Below are positions 30,589 through 39,892 of a stretch of 64,000 nucleotides of DNA, in pieces. The notes below the pieces were generated by a model. It did not search any database and was not told the origin of the DNA. It saw only the letters and a program-made list of their open reading frames with translations. How positions within the stretch are numbered: the first letter of the stretch is position 1; the number at the start of each line of letters is the position of its first letter. The DNA is from Terrimicrobiaceae bacterium (GTDB taxonomy: Bacteria > Verrucomicrobiota > Verrucomicrobiia > Chthoniobacterales > Terrimicrobiaceae): NCBI GenBank assembly GCA_044342325.1, contig JBIIPZ010000003.1:36930-100929 (forward strand), in the 5' to 3' direction. The translations under genes were made by a program, and so were the position numbers.

Positions 30589-32790
30589 GTGGATAAATCT
30601 CCTCGCTGGATTTCGTTTTCCCTTCTTGCCTGCTTGGTGGTTGTCCTAGCCACAATCGCTCTCGACAGCGCAGCCCGTCTTGGCAGCGTCGAGAAAATCT
30701 CCGCGGTCACTTTTTCGGAAACCCCGCCGAATTCGCAACCACTACCTCCCGGATGCCGTCAGGAAACCATTCTTCTGCCCCAGGCCTCGGTGGATGGCCG
30801 TTGGTGGGTGATCCACACGCGAGAGATGCTCCGCGAAGGAGCTTGGAGGGTTCGCCACAGCGATTTGGACAACGCGCCTGCGGGCCGCGAAGTTCACTGG
30901 AGTTCTTTCCTCATGTGGGTTCTGTCGGGCTTGGCATGGCTTCGCTCATGGGGCACCGGCGAGCCTATCCATCACTTCGTTGCGGATGCCGCGCTGGCAG
31001 CCGGCCCCTTTTTGATGGTCGCGCTTCTGAGCGGATTGGCTCTCATAGCCTCTCGCGCTTGGGGATGGTCGACCGCTCTCTTTTACCTCTTGGTTCTGCT
31101 AACAACCCGCGCCGTGATGCGCACCTTTTTCCTTGGCGAGGCCGATCACCACGGGATCGTGCTGGCCTTTGCATCGGCGTGTCCGCTGGCCCTCCTTGCG
31201 GGGGGATGTGGTTTTTTCAAAACACAAAAATCCAAGCGGGAAAAACGGCCTGAGAAATCAAGCCTGCACTGTTGGGTTGTCGTCTCCGGCATCGCTGGCG
31301 CGGTGGCCTTGTGGGTGAGCGCCTCCACCACCCTGCCGATCCTTGCGGGCACCGGGTTGGGAATCCTCGCCTGCGTCCTGCTGCTCAAACCCGAACCCGG
31401 CTCGCGGCAAGAGCCGGGAATTTGGTTACTCTGGGGTCTCTCGGGATGTCTGGCGAGTCTAGCATTTTACCTTTTGGAATATTTCCCAAGCCACATGGGG
31501 TGGCGGCTGGAGGTGAACCATCCCCTCTACGCACTCGCATGGCTCGGCGGCGGTTGGATTCTCGACCAAGTTGTAGCTTGGCGCTCGACGGGACGATTTC
31601 CCGTCAGAGGATTCGGCGGTTCCCTTCGCTTGATTCTCGCTTTGGTGGTTTGCACCGCCCCGCTGGCCGCCATCCTATTCGCAGGAGACCGCGTCTTTTG
31701 GGTTTCGGACAAATTTCTTCTCTCCCTTCACAAGGAATACATCCTCGAGTTCCAGAGCCTTTTTGGTCTCTACGGGAAAGAAAAACAGTCTCTGTGGATT
31801 CCGCTTTTCTACCACTTCTGGATTTTTGCCATTGCCGCCGGGATCACCTTTTTGGGAATCCGTCGATCCATCGACTGGAGGCTTCGTTGCGATCTGTGCC
31901 TTCTGGCTCCGCCAGTTTTCGTGATGCAGGTGCTCGCCATCTGGCAAGTGCGCTGGGGATCCGCCGCTGCGGCGCTTTGGGCACTCGTGGCACTTGCCGT
32001 CTTCGCCGCATTCCTGCGCTTGCCAATAGGCAATTCCACACGCACTTTCGGGGTCATGGGAGCCTTGGCCTCCATTGCGGTCGCATTTTTCAGCGCCACG
32101 CTCCCGACCGCTGTCGCCAGCTACCACGAGGAGACCATCGCCCTGAACTCGCCCATGGCGGAGTCGATCGGAGGCAATCTCCTCCTGCGTGATGTGGCCC
32201 GCCGCATTTCGGAGTCGTCGCCGGGCGCCGTGCCAACCGTCTTAAGCGGCCCGAATTCCTCGACCGAGCTTTCCTACCAAGCCGGACTCAAAACACTCGG
32301 CACCCTCTACTGGGAAAACATGCCGGGGCTCAAGGCCGCCGCCCGCATTTTTGCCGTTCCTGACGGTGACGAAGCCCTACGGTTGCTCACCGCCTCCGGA
32401 GTCACACACATCGTTGTGCCTTCTTGGGACAACTTCGCCGCTGCCTACGACGATCTTTTGGCGAAAACCGAGGGACGCCCCGGCGGCATGGCGTTTTTCA
32501 AATCCATTCTGGAAAACGAGGAATATCCGACATGGCTTCGCCCATTTGCCTACCCCATCCCCAGCGGCTCGGGCATCGATTCCCAATCGGTGAGAATCTT
32601 CGCCGTTCTCCCTTCGCAAAACGCCTTCGAGTCTTGGTTCTACAGAGGCGTCTATCATTTCGAGTCCGGTCAGCCGGAAAAAGCGAAGCGGGCCTTCGAG
32701 CAAGCGGCACTCCTTCGCCCCGCCGATGCACGCGTGAAAAGCTACCTTGAGAATCTCCCAACCTCTCCTTCAAACTCCACACAGCCATGA
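30589..32790 (+). CDS. Polytopic membrane protein, AglB/PglB/STT3-like GT-C glycosyltransferase (divergent)
   Basis: About 13 hydrophobic segments; SVDGRWW, NAPAGREVHW, LGEADHH, YILEFQSL, AARIF...EAL.LL..GVTHIVV; C-terminal TPR. GTG start abuts the tpsA stop. Confidence 0.65.
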   Translation: MDKSPRWISFSLLACLVVVLATIALDSAARLGSVEKISAVTFSETPPNSQPLPPGCRQETILLPQASVDGRWWVIHTREMLREGAWRVRHSDLDNAPAGREVHWSSFLMWVLSGLAWLRSWGTGEPIHHFVADAALAAGPFLMVALLSGLALIASRAWGWSTALFYLLVLLTTRAVMRTFFLGEADHHGIVLAFASACPLALLAGGCGFFKTQKSKREKRPEKSSLHCWVVVSGIAGAVALWVSASTTLPILAGTGLGILACVLLLKPEPGSRQEPGIWLLWGLSGCLASLAFYLLEYFPSHMGWRLEVNHPLYALAWLGGGWILDQVVAWRSTGRFPVRGFGGSLRLILALVVCTAPLAAILFAGDRVFWVSDKFLLSLHKEYILEFQSLFGLYGKEKQSLWIPLFYHFWIFAIAAGITFLGIRRSIDWRLRCDLCLLAPPVFVMQVLAIWQVRWGSAAAALWALVALAVFAAFLRLPIGNSTRTFGVMGALASIAVAFFSATLPTAVASYHEETIALNSPMAESIGGNLLLRDVARRISESSPGAVPTVLSGPNSSTELSYQAGLKTLGTLYWENMPGLKAAARIFAVPDGDEALRLLTASGVTHIVVPSWDNFAAAYDDLLAKTEGRPGGMAFFKSILENEEYPTWLRPFAYPIPSGSGIDSQSVRIFAVLPSQNAFESWFYRGVYHFESGQPEKAKRAFEQAALLRPADARVKSYLENLPTSPSNSTQP

Positions 32791-33719
32791 AAACCACACA
32801 CCTCCTCGCCTCGATCCTGCTCCTTGGCCAACTACATGCCGCCGACCCGACACCGGCGGTTTCCGAATTGGATGCCGCCGCATCCTCGGGAAACGCCACC
32901 GCACAATTTCAACTCGGCCGCGCTTATTTTCGCGGTGACGGCGTCACCGCCGACAAAGCCAAGGCCCACGAATGGATTTTGAAATCCGCCGAACAAGGCA
33001 ACCCCGATGCCATCACCAGCATGGGGTATTTTTATTCCCAGGGAGTCGTCCTTGAAAAAGACGAAGCCAAGGCCATCGAGTGGTTCCGCAAAGGTGCCGA
33101 GGCCGGATCCCCCAAGGCCCAAATGAACCTTGGTCTCATGCTCCGCCAATCCAAGACGCTCGACCGCAACCATGATGAAAGCATGGAATGGCTGGAGAAA
33201 GCCGCCGCCACCGGCGACCCCGATGCCGTCCGCACCCTCGGCCAACTCTACTTTCTTGGTGATTCCCTCCTGATGCCGGCGCCGGCCAAATCGATTCCCT
33301 ATCTCACAAAAGCCGCCGAAGCGGGCGACCCCGCCTCCATGAACATGCTCGGTGTGGCCTACCGCGAAGGCCACACAGGAAGCATCGACAAGGAACAAGC
33401 CAAGGAATGGTTTCGGAAAGCCGCCCAACTTGGTGAAGTCAAGGCCCAGTCGAACCTCGGTCATATCCTCGGAGTGGAATCGCCCACAAGCCCAGACCGC
33501 AAGGAGGCGCTCAAGTGGCTACTCATAGCCAAAGAACAGGGCGAAGCCACATCCACCAAAACCTACAAGGAACTTCTCCATACATTTCCGCCAGTCCTTC
33601 TCGCCGCTGCCCAAAAGGAAGCCAACAAATTCCTCCTCTTCGCCCGAGCCAAATCCTCCAAGCCAACCGCTTCCCCAGAAGAAAAACAGCCCGCGAATGA
33701 CGCGAATCCTCGCGAATAG
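32787..33719 (+). CDS. Exported Sel1-repeat protein
   Basis: Repeated AQFQLG.Y..G.GV..D..KA.EW..KAAE.G units; ATGA overlap with the upstream gene. Confidence 0.9.
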   Translation: MKTTHLLASILLLGQLHAADPTPAVSELDAAASSGNATAQFQLGRAYFRGDGVTADKAKAHEWILKSAEQGNPDAITSMGYFYSQGVVLEKDEAKAIEWFRKGAEAGSPKAQMNLGLMLRQSKTLDRNHDESMEWLEKAAATGDPDAVRTLGQLYFLGDSLLMPAPAKSIPYLTKAAEAGDPASMNMLGVAYREGHTGSIDKEQAKEWFRKAAQLGEVKAQSNLGHILGVESPTSPDRKEALKWLLIAKEQGEATSTKTYKELLHTFPPVLLAAAQKEANKFLLFARAKSSKPTASPEEKQPANDANPRE

Positions 33720-33745
33720 AATGGCGATCCGATTCAAGCGGAATC

Positions 33746-33783
33746 TTGACAGATAAGCTCGAAGACATATGTTGTGACATATG
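33746..33783 (+). promoter_or_regulatory. Promoter/operator of vapBC, probably leaderless
   Basis: TTGACA-16 bp-TATGTT-7 nt-ATG; GACATATG direct repeats at 33764 and 33776. Confidence 0.75.
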
Positions 33784-34020
33784 AAAGCCGTAACCATTCA
33801 TTTGGATGAATCTGTTTATTCTGAATTTCAAACGTTAGCCAGAAAATCCAAGCGAACTGCCTCGGAGTTGATCCGTGAGGCAATGGATTTGTATCGGCAA
33901 AAAGTCAAAAAAAACACCCACTCCCTTATTGATTCGCCCCCGGCTGCCTCCGTGGGAAGCGTTCTTCAACCCTGGTCCGACCGCTCCGAGATGATTGACA
34001 ACTTTTTTAACCGCGAATGA
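33781..34020 (+). CDS. CopG/ribbon-helix-helix antitoxin (VapB-like)
   Basis: MKAVTIHLDESVY...KRTASELIREAM RHH pattern; ATGA overlap with the PIN gene. Confidence 0.82.
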   Translation: MKAVTIHLDESVYSEFQTLARKSKRTASELIREAMDLYRQKVKKNTHSLIDSPPAASVGSVLQPWSDRSEMIDNFFNRE

Positions 34021-34460
34021 TCGGTCTCGATACCACAGTCTTGATCGCCCATGAACTCACTGAAGCTCCCCTGCATCGGCAGGTGAGGAATCACATTGCC
34101 TTGCTCTGCCGCGAAAGGGGCACCCGCTTAGGATTGGCTCCCCAAGTGCTTCAAGAGTTCATACATGTGTCCACAGATCCTCGCCGTTTCCAGCAGCCTC
34201 TGACGATGGAACAGGCCTTGTCGCGCGCCAACTTCTGGTGGGATGCTTCCGAGGTGGTTCATTGCCACATCACCGACAAGGCTTGGCATCATGCCATGAG
34301 CTGGATGGAAAAGTATTCCTTGGGGCGAAAACGCATTCTGGATACCACATTGGCTGCCACCTACCACGATTGCGGCATCCAATTATTGGCTACTGCAAAT
34401 CCCGCCGATTTCGCAGTTTTTGGTGTTTTTCAATTTGAATCTTGGGCCCGAGCTTGTTGA
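34017..34460 (+). CDS. PIN-domain toxin (VapC family)
   Basis: LDTTVLI, QVLQEF, ILDTTLAAT, TANPADF acidic PIN residues. Confidence 0.88.
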   Translation: MIGLDTTVLIAHELTEAPLHRQVRNHIALLCRERGTRLGLAPQVLQEFIHVSTDPRRFQQPLTMEQALSRANFWWDASEVVHCHITDKAWHHAMSWMEKYSLGRKRILDTTLAATYHDCGIQLLATANPADFAVFGVFQFESWARAC

Positions 34461-34790
34461 CACGCTTAAGCCCGAAGCCAGCAGAATTAACCACAACCGG
34501 AAAGGTGGGACCCTTGGAGGAAGAGCAACCAAACGTTGGCCCCGAAGGGGTGAGACGAGCGGGAGCGAGCGAATCAAAGGACACAGAGGATGAATTAAAG
34601 TGAATCCCATTGGGTAGTTTTGTGCGGTTCGCCACTTTCGGAAACCGCTCCTGTTAATATTGTAACTCCTGTGCTCTTGTCTAAAAATCTGTTTTCGGAG
34701 TCGATGGCAACTCGATTTGCCTCTCACCGAGTCACAAAGTCACAAAGATAGACTTACCACTCCTCCGTGCTCTCCGTGGTAAAATTTTAG

Positions 34791-35501
34791 TCAAGGGGCC
34801 TTGGGATTGGCGCGCTTTTCCTTCAGCGCCTCCTTGGCGGCTTTGATATGATATTGATTGTAAGCTTGATATCCGAAAAGGGTCATATAGCGCTCGTCGG
34901 CGATTAACCTCGCCGCATCCCAAACCTCTTCTTGGGTCATCCCTTCGGGAATTTCACTTACATTTTGCTCAAACTCGCTGGCAATACGATCCAAGGCCTT
35001 CATTTGCTGAGGAGGCTTGGGCGCGTCGTCCTGAAAAAGGGCCGGCACCTTCGCCCCTGCGGGAACCGGAATGGTTATTTCGCGAATCGGTCCACCAGCC
35101 CCCCCCCCACCGACAAATGGCCCGTCATCCACCCCATAGACGGCGGTGGGAATTTGTGTCGCCTCGCTGCCCGAAGCCCCGTCGCTCTTTGAGCTACCAC
35201 CCGAAGCCCCACCAGCCACTCCGGGAGTCGTTGCCAATCGCGGCGGCGGCATCGGCTGGAGTGGAGCAGCCATCGACCCTGTGCCAGAGATGGTTGCCAT
35301 CACAGCCGGGGACGCCTTCCCCTCCGTCTTGTTAGCCCGCTCAACCGAGGGCCGTGGCGTTGTAGCTCCTGTGGCTCCTAGCTTCGTCTCCCGAACCGGT
35401 CGATCCACCACCGCCTCCGACTGCACTGTCGGCATCGAGAGCAAAGCCCATCCACCCGCCCCCGCGATGACAATAAGACTAAAGAGAATAATAAGTTTCA
35501 T
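34791..35501 (-). CDS. Hypothetical protein with N-terminal membrane anchor/signal
   Basis: 236-aa ORF, hydrophobic N-terminus, low-complexity linker, helical C-terminal domain (WDAARLIADERY..FGYQAYNQY). Confidence 0.65.
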   Translation of the reverse strand: MKLIILFSLIVIAGAGGWALLSMPTVQSEAVVDRPVRETKLGATGATTPRPSVERANKTEGKASPAVMATISGTGSMAAPLQPMPPPRLATTPGVAGGASGGSSKSDGASGSEATQIPTAVYGVDDGPFVGGGGAGGPIREITIPVPAGAKVPALFQDDAPKPPQQMKALDRIASEFEQNVSEIPEGMTQEEVWDAARLIADERYMTLFGYQAYNQYHIKAAKEALKEKRANPKAP

Positions 35502-35560
35502 AGGGTATCTGGAAAATTCATACTGTATTGGCTCACTATAGAGGCAGGAAAATGAATTGT

Positions 35561-35624
35561 TGTAGCGGCGGTCTATGACCGACGAATTCGTTTCGCCCCT
35601 CGGCGGTCATAGACCGCCGCTACA
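35561..35624. repeat. REP/REPIN-like inverted doublet
   Basis: TGTAGCGGCGGTCTATGACCG...CGGTCATAGACCGCCGCTACA: 21-bp perfect arms starting with GTAG, each arm internally palindromic. Confidence 0.8.
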
Positions 35625-35746
35625 GTGCCCCCTGGAACCAACGCTTTCTCCTTCCATTCAGTAAATTAAGATATTTCAGTCAAAACCTCCTGTCTCTCTT
35701 GCCAATCTTGTCCTCCTGTCAAAATTCCCTGCTCTGCTAAAATGAA

Positions 35747-35776
35747 GGAAGCCGACACCTTGCGGTGTCGGCTTCC
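35747..35776 (-). terminator. Rho-independent terminator after the PstS-like gene
   Basis: GGAAGCCGACACC-GCAA-GGTGTCGGCTTCC hairpin followed by TTCATTTT on the minus strand, 18 nt after the stop. Confidence 0.75.
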
Positions 35777-35794
35777 AGCAGGTTGAGGGTTCGA

Positions 35795-37153
35795 TTAGAG
35801 CGGAGCCACGATGGGGAAACCATCATCCGGACGGGTCACAGTCACATCGCCGAGGCGCACGCCATTGGCTGTGATCTGAAGACCAGAAGGAAGATAGGTG
35901 TTCTTCATGGAGTCATACCAAGCTTGCTCGTTGGCACTCAATGATCCGTGGTAGTAGAGATGCTGATAGCTCCATGCGGAGTAGGCACCCGTGGCGATTT
36001 TCTTGAAATCAGCCTCATTGAATCCACTGCTCTGGTAGCTTCCTGCCGCAGCGATCGGAGTGACTTTTACACCATTGTAGCCAAGAATTTTGGCGCCGGC
36101 GGTTGCTGCATTGAGGCAGTCTGCGGTGGAGAGCCAAGTCAGTAGAACAATGTCTTGATTTTCCATATCGGGAGCCTCATCCACACCATTGTAGATAGTC
36201 ACATTCGAGGATGTGTAACCCATGAGTGTGCGGAGCGCCGAGGAACTGCTGTAGCCACCATTGCCGACATTTGTGTTGCCCCAAAGCGTGGAGGCATCGC
36301 TGGTGCGATTGGTTGAGAATGCTCCGGAACCAATGCCGTTGGCAGGAACAAGGGTGAGCTTGCTGATGCTGCCATTTCCACTGGAGCTGGTGCCACCATT
36401 CACAGCCGTGTATTGATTCACAAGGTTCGCCACACCAAAAGTCCACTCCGTAAGATAGGCAGACCGCGTTCCGGATCCGTCGTTACGACCAGTTGCCAGC
36501 ACATATTTGGTATCCGCAGGATCGCCAGTGAATAGCGAAAGGGGCTGGATACCATTGGTCCAAAGTTGGCGGCATTGCTGAATTGTCACATTTTCCAAAT
36601 TCGAAGGAGCACCTTCGTTGGCGATCATGGCGAAGGTCACGATGCCGACTGCGGATGCACCGACTGGATTCAGAACCTCATTATCCACGGGTGAAGTGGA
36701 TTGATAAACATCCGAGAAGCTGAACTTCGGACGGAGCGTCTCAGTTGGCGAGGTCGTAAGATCCTTGATCCCAGCCGTAAAGTTGCCAGACGTCAGCGCC
36801 GCTTGGGTTAGGAATGTCGGATTGTTGTTGCCAGCAATAGCGTTAAGCCCCTCGGTTGATCCGTTGAAAGAAGTGCGGATCACCGTGGTTCCCGTGATGC
36901 CAGGGAAACTGCCGCTGAAGATGGCCCGGTTGGAGGCGATCAACTGGCTGATGTTCGCCCCGTTGAAATCGTGGGCGACATTGAATGTTGTTCCGGCGGC
37001 ACCTGCTGAAGCATAGGCATCATAGATGGCACGCATGGTGGCTTGGCGGAACGCTGTGGCGCCCGTGATGGTGATTTCGGTGGTCGTCTGGGCCGAAGCC
37101 GACGCCGCTAGCCCGGCAAAAAGAGTGCCGGCAAGGATGTTTTTGATTTTCAT
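35795..37153 (-). CDS. Exported PstS/DING-like phosphate-binding-fold protein
   Basis: Signal peptide; ITGATAF, GSTEG, FSFSD, GRNDGSGTR, GYNGV, IATGAYSAWSY occur in the order of PstS-family motifs. Confidence 0.7.
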   Translation of the reverse strand: MKIKNILAGTLFAGLAASASAQTTTEITITGATAFRQATMRAIYDAYASAGAAGTTFNVAHDFNGANISQLIASNRAIFSGSFPGITGTTVIRTSFNGSTEGLNAIAGNNNPTFLTQAALTSGNFTAGIKDLTTSPTETLRPKFSFSDVYQSTSPVDNEVLNPVGASAVGIVTFAMIANEGAPSNLENVTIQQCRQLWTNGIQPLSLFTGDPADTKYVLATGRNDGSGTRSAYLTEWTFGVANLVNQYTAVNGGTSSSGNGSISKLTLVPANGIGSGAFSTNRTSDASTLWGNTNVGNGGYSSSSALRTLMGYTSSNVTIYNGVDEAPDMENQDIVLLTWLSTADCLNAATAGAKILGYNGVKVTPIAAAGSYQSSGFNEADFKKIATGAYSAWSYQHLYYHGSLSANEQAWYDSMKNTYLPSGLQITANGVRLGDVTVTRPDDGFPIVAPL

Positions 37154-37204
37154 CTTATTTTATTATTTAGTTGGTTTGTTTGGGTTATGTTTTGCTGGTT
37201 TGCG

Positions 37205-39784
37205 TTACTTCTTGGCTTTCTTTTTGCCTCCGGCTTTTTTTCCCGAAGATTTTTTGGCGTCGGACTTCTTAGCGCCCGAGGACTTCTTGGCACTCGAGGA
37301 CTTGCCCTTCTTTTGAACTTGTCCAGAGCTGCTACCTCCACCACCGCCTCCAGATGGGGCTCCTCCGCCTCCGCCGGTAGATGGAGATCCGCCGCCGCCG
37401 CCGCTCACTGTGACTGACACATTGCCGGTCACACTGTTGTAATTTGCACTATCCGTTGGCGTGAAAGTAAACGAATGTTGTGCAGTGCCAACTGGGGGCA
37501 CTGTGCTTGGCGTCGTGAAGGCAAAGGTGCCAGCAACGCTCCCGACACCACCACTCAATGTCGAACTCGCAAGAGTCTGGCCAGAAGTGATTGCGCTTGC
37601 TGTAGGTTGCGTCGTGATCGTTGGAGTTGCCTTACTTATGGTGATCGTTAGCGTTCCATTTCCTGTGCCTCCGGCATTGGTGGCACTGATCGCTACGGCA
37701 GATATCCCTTCGCTTGTTGGCGTGCCGCTGATCACACCAGTTGCGCTATTGATGGTGAGTCCAAGAGGAAGGCCTGTTGCCGCATACAATGTCGGGCTGT
37801 TGCTTGCTGTGATCGTGTAGGGTGTGAAAACTGTCCCTACCGTGCCACTTATCGACTCGCTGGTGACCACCGGAACGGCAACCGATTCTCGAACATCAAG
37901 GGTCAGTGTTTTCGAGTCACTTCCCCCTGCGTTTGTGGCTGTCAGAGTGACACTGAAGTTTCCAGCCGTTGTTGGCGTGCCGCTGATCACACCGGTTGTG
38001 GAATTCAGCGTAAGGCCAGAGGGAAGAGTTTCGGCCTTGAATGATGTTGGCTTATTGGAAGCTGTAATCGGATAGCTAAAAGTGGCTCCTACATCACCGC
38101 TGGCTGTCGTTTCGCTGGTGATAAGTGGAGGCTGACCAACGGACGCAATCACTGAAACAAATCGGACAGATCCATCTGCCAAAAGCGTCAAAGTTCCCAA
38201 GAAGTCGGCTCGTGCACCATTGTTAGCTGGATAAGTTTTGCTTGAGTATGTTGCCGTTTTAAAATTTTCGGCGTGCCATGTTGTGTCCAAATCGGCATTC
38301 GCGCCTGTGGTCTTGGTCACCCGGTAGAGGTCCAGCATCGCAACCACATTTTCCACATCCGCGAAAGTTGTCGCTGTGGTAAGCGGGCCTTGGATGCCAC
38401 CGGCAACCGCCCCGTAAGCGGTAGAGGGATTGCCGTTGCTGAACGGGTTATTAATGGAAAGGGGGCCGCCAACCGCTACTGCACCGGGTTGAGTCATTCC
38501 AGCGATATTATTTGCTCCGGCGATGGTATTTGCCACAGCAGTTTGTGCGGGATCGAACAGCGGGGACGCGGAATTGGCCTCGCCTGCCGTGCCTACCGCC
38601 GCGCGAGGCTTGGTCACATACACCGTGCGGGCGTAGTCGCCGTTGGTGATTCCAGTCGAGAGCGCGCTGGTCGCGCCGTTCTGGCCAGCAGCACCAATGA
38701 AGATCGTGGAAGCTTTGTTTGTCCAGTCAGCACCAAATGTCGTTGTCAATTGGGTATTAATGTTTCCTAAATCCGTAATCGTTGATTCTGGCCCATCGCG
38801 GAATACATCCACCACGCTACCTAAGCTATAATAAACCACCTGGTCGGTTCCGATTGCTCCACCGGGATTTTGTAAAAACATAAGTAGATCATTTGGATCG
38901 TATGAGTCATCAGCTCCAGCGACAGGCTCGGCAGTAAATTGAGAGACAAAATTCAAGTCTCCAGTTGATGAAATCGTTATCGTTCCAAGATAGTCCGCTC
39001 GTGCACCGTTGTTTCCAGGGTATGAGTCGTTGAAATAAGTTGCTTTTTTGTAGTTGCTGATGTGCCAAAGATCGCTGCTGTAGGAATCCGGCGTCGTGGT
39101 TTTGGTAACGCGGTAGAGGTCCAACATGGCCACAACATTTTCCACATCCGCGAAAGTTGTCGCTGTTGCAAGCGGGCCCTGGATGCCCCCGGCAATTGCC
39201 CCGTAAGCGGTAGAGGGATTGCCGTTGCTGAACGGGTTATTAATTGAAAGGGGGCCACCAACTGCTACTGCACCGGGTTGAGTCATTCCAGCGATATTAT
39301 TTGCTCCGGCGATGGTATTTGCCACAGCAGTTTGTGCGGGATCGAACAGCGGGGACGCGGAATTGGCCTCGCCTGTCGTGCCTACCGCCGCGCGAGGCTT
39401 GGTTACATACACCGTGCGGGCGTAGTCGCCGTTGGTGATTCCAGTCGAGAGCGCGCTGGTCGCGCCGTTCTGGCCAGCAGCACCAGCGAAGATCGTGGCA
39501 GCCTTGTTTGTCCAGTCGGCACCAAATGTCGTTGTCAACTGGGCATTGAGATTGCCCAGTGGTGTTGCCGTCCCCTGAGGTGCATCGCGGAAGACATCCA
39601 CCGCGCTGCCAAGGCTGAAGTAGACCACTTGATCCGTCCCTAAGGTTCCCGCCGGGTTTTGGAGGAACAGGAGAACATCGTTGGCGGTGTAGGCATCGTC
39701 TTGTGCGGCGATGACTGAACTGGGCATTGCGAACGAAGCCGCAAGAAATGCGGTGCATCCGAGCTTGGATAGGATTGATTTCAT
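37205..39784 (-). CDS. Exported protein: tandem duplicated ~263-aa domain, two putative Ig (He_PIG) domains, Gly linker, Lys-rich tail
   Basis: Signal peptide; 789-bp DNA duplication; LP.GLT.NS.TGVISGTPT twice; tail KKGKSSSAKKSSGAKKSDAKKSSGKKAGGKKKAKK. Confidence 0.8.
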   Translation of the reverse strand: MKSILSKLGCTAFLAASFAMPSSVIAAQDDAYTANDVLLFLQNPAGTLGTDQVVYFSLGSAVDVFRDAPQGTATPLGNLNAQLTTTFGADWTNKAATIFAGAAGQNGATSALSTGITNGDYARTVYVTKPRAAVGTTGEANSASPLFDPAQTAVANTIAGANNIAGMTQPGAVAVGGPLSINNPFSNGNPSTAYGAIAGGIQGPLATATTFADVENVVAMLDLYRVTKTTTPDSYSSDLWHISNYKKATYFNDSYPGNNGARADYLGTITISSTGDLNFVSQFTAEPVAGADDSYDPNDLLMFLQNPGGAIGTDQVVYYSLGSVVDVFRDGPESTITDLGNINTQLTTTFGADWTNKASTIFIGAAGQNGATSALSTGITNGDYARTVYVTKPRAAVGTAGEANSASPLFDPAQTAVANTIAGANNIAGMTQPGAVAVGGPLSINNPFSNGNPSTAYGAVAGGIQGPLTTATTFADVENVVAMLDLYRVTKTTGANADLDTTWHAENFKTATYSSKTYPANNGARADFLGTLTLLADGSVRFVSVIASVGQPPLITSETTASGDVGATFSYPITASNKPTSFKAETLPSGLTLNSTTGVISGTPTTAGNFSVTLTATNAGGSDSKTLTLDVRESVAVPVVTSESISGTVGTVFTPYTITASNSPTLYAATGLPLGLTINSATGVISGTPTSEGISAVAISATNAGGTGNGTLTITISKATPTITTQPTASAITSGQTLASSTLSGGVGSVAGTFAFTTPSTVPPVGTAQHSFTFTPTDSANYNSVTGNVSVTVSGGGGGSPSTGGGGGAPSGGGGGGSSSGQVQKKGKSSSAKKSSGAKKSDAKKSSGKKAGGKKKAKK

Positions 39785-39892
39785 GTCTTGTTATTCTTTC
39801 TTGTTTAAAATTGGAGCGCGCCAACTCGGCTTGGCCGCCGATTGGATGCCTCGCGTTCTCTCAATGACTCGGCAATCGACCAACAAAAGTTT

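Noticed and set aside
38315..39545. Near-identical repeat pair as DGR template/variable region
   Set aside because: Mismatches are not adenine-specific, both copies are in-frame domains of one ORF, and there is no reverse transcriptase
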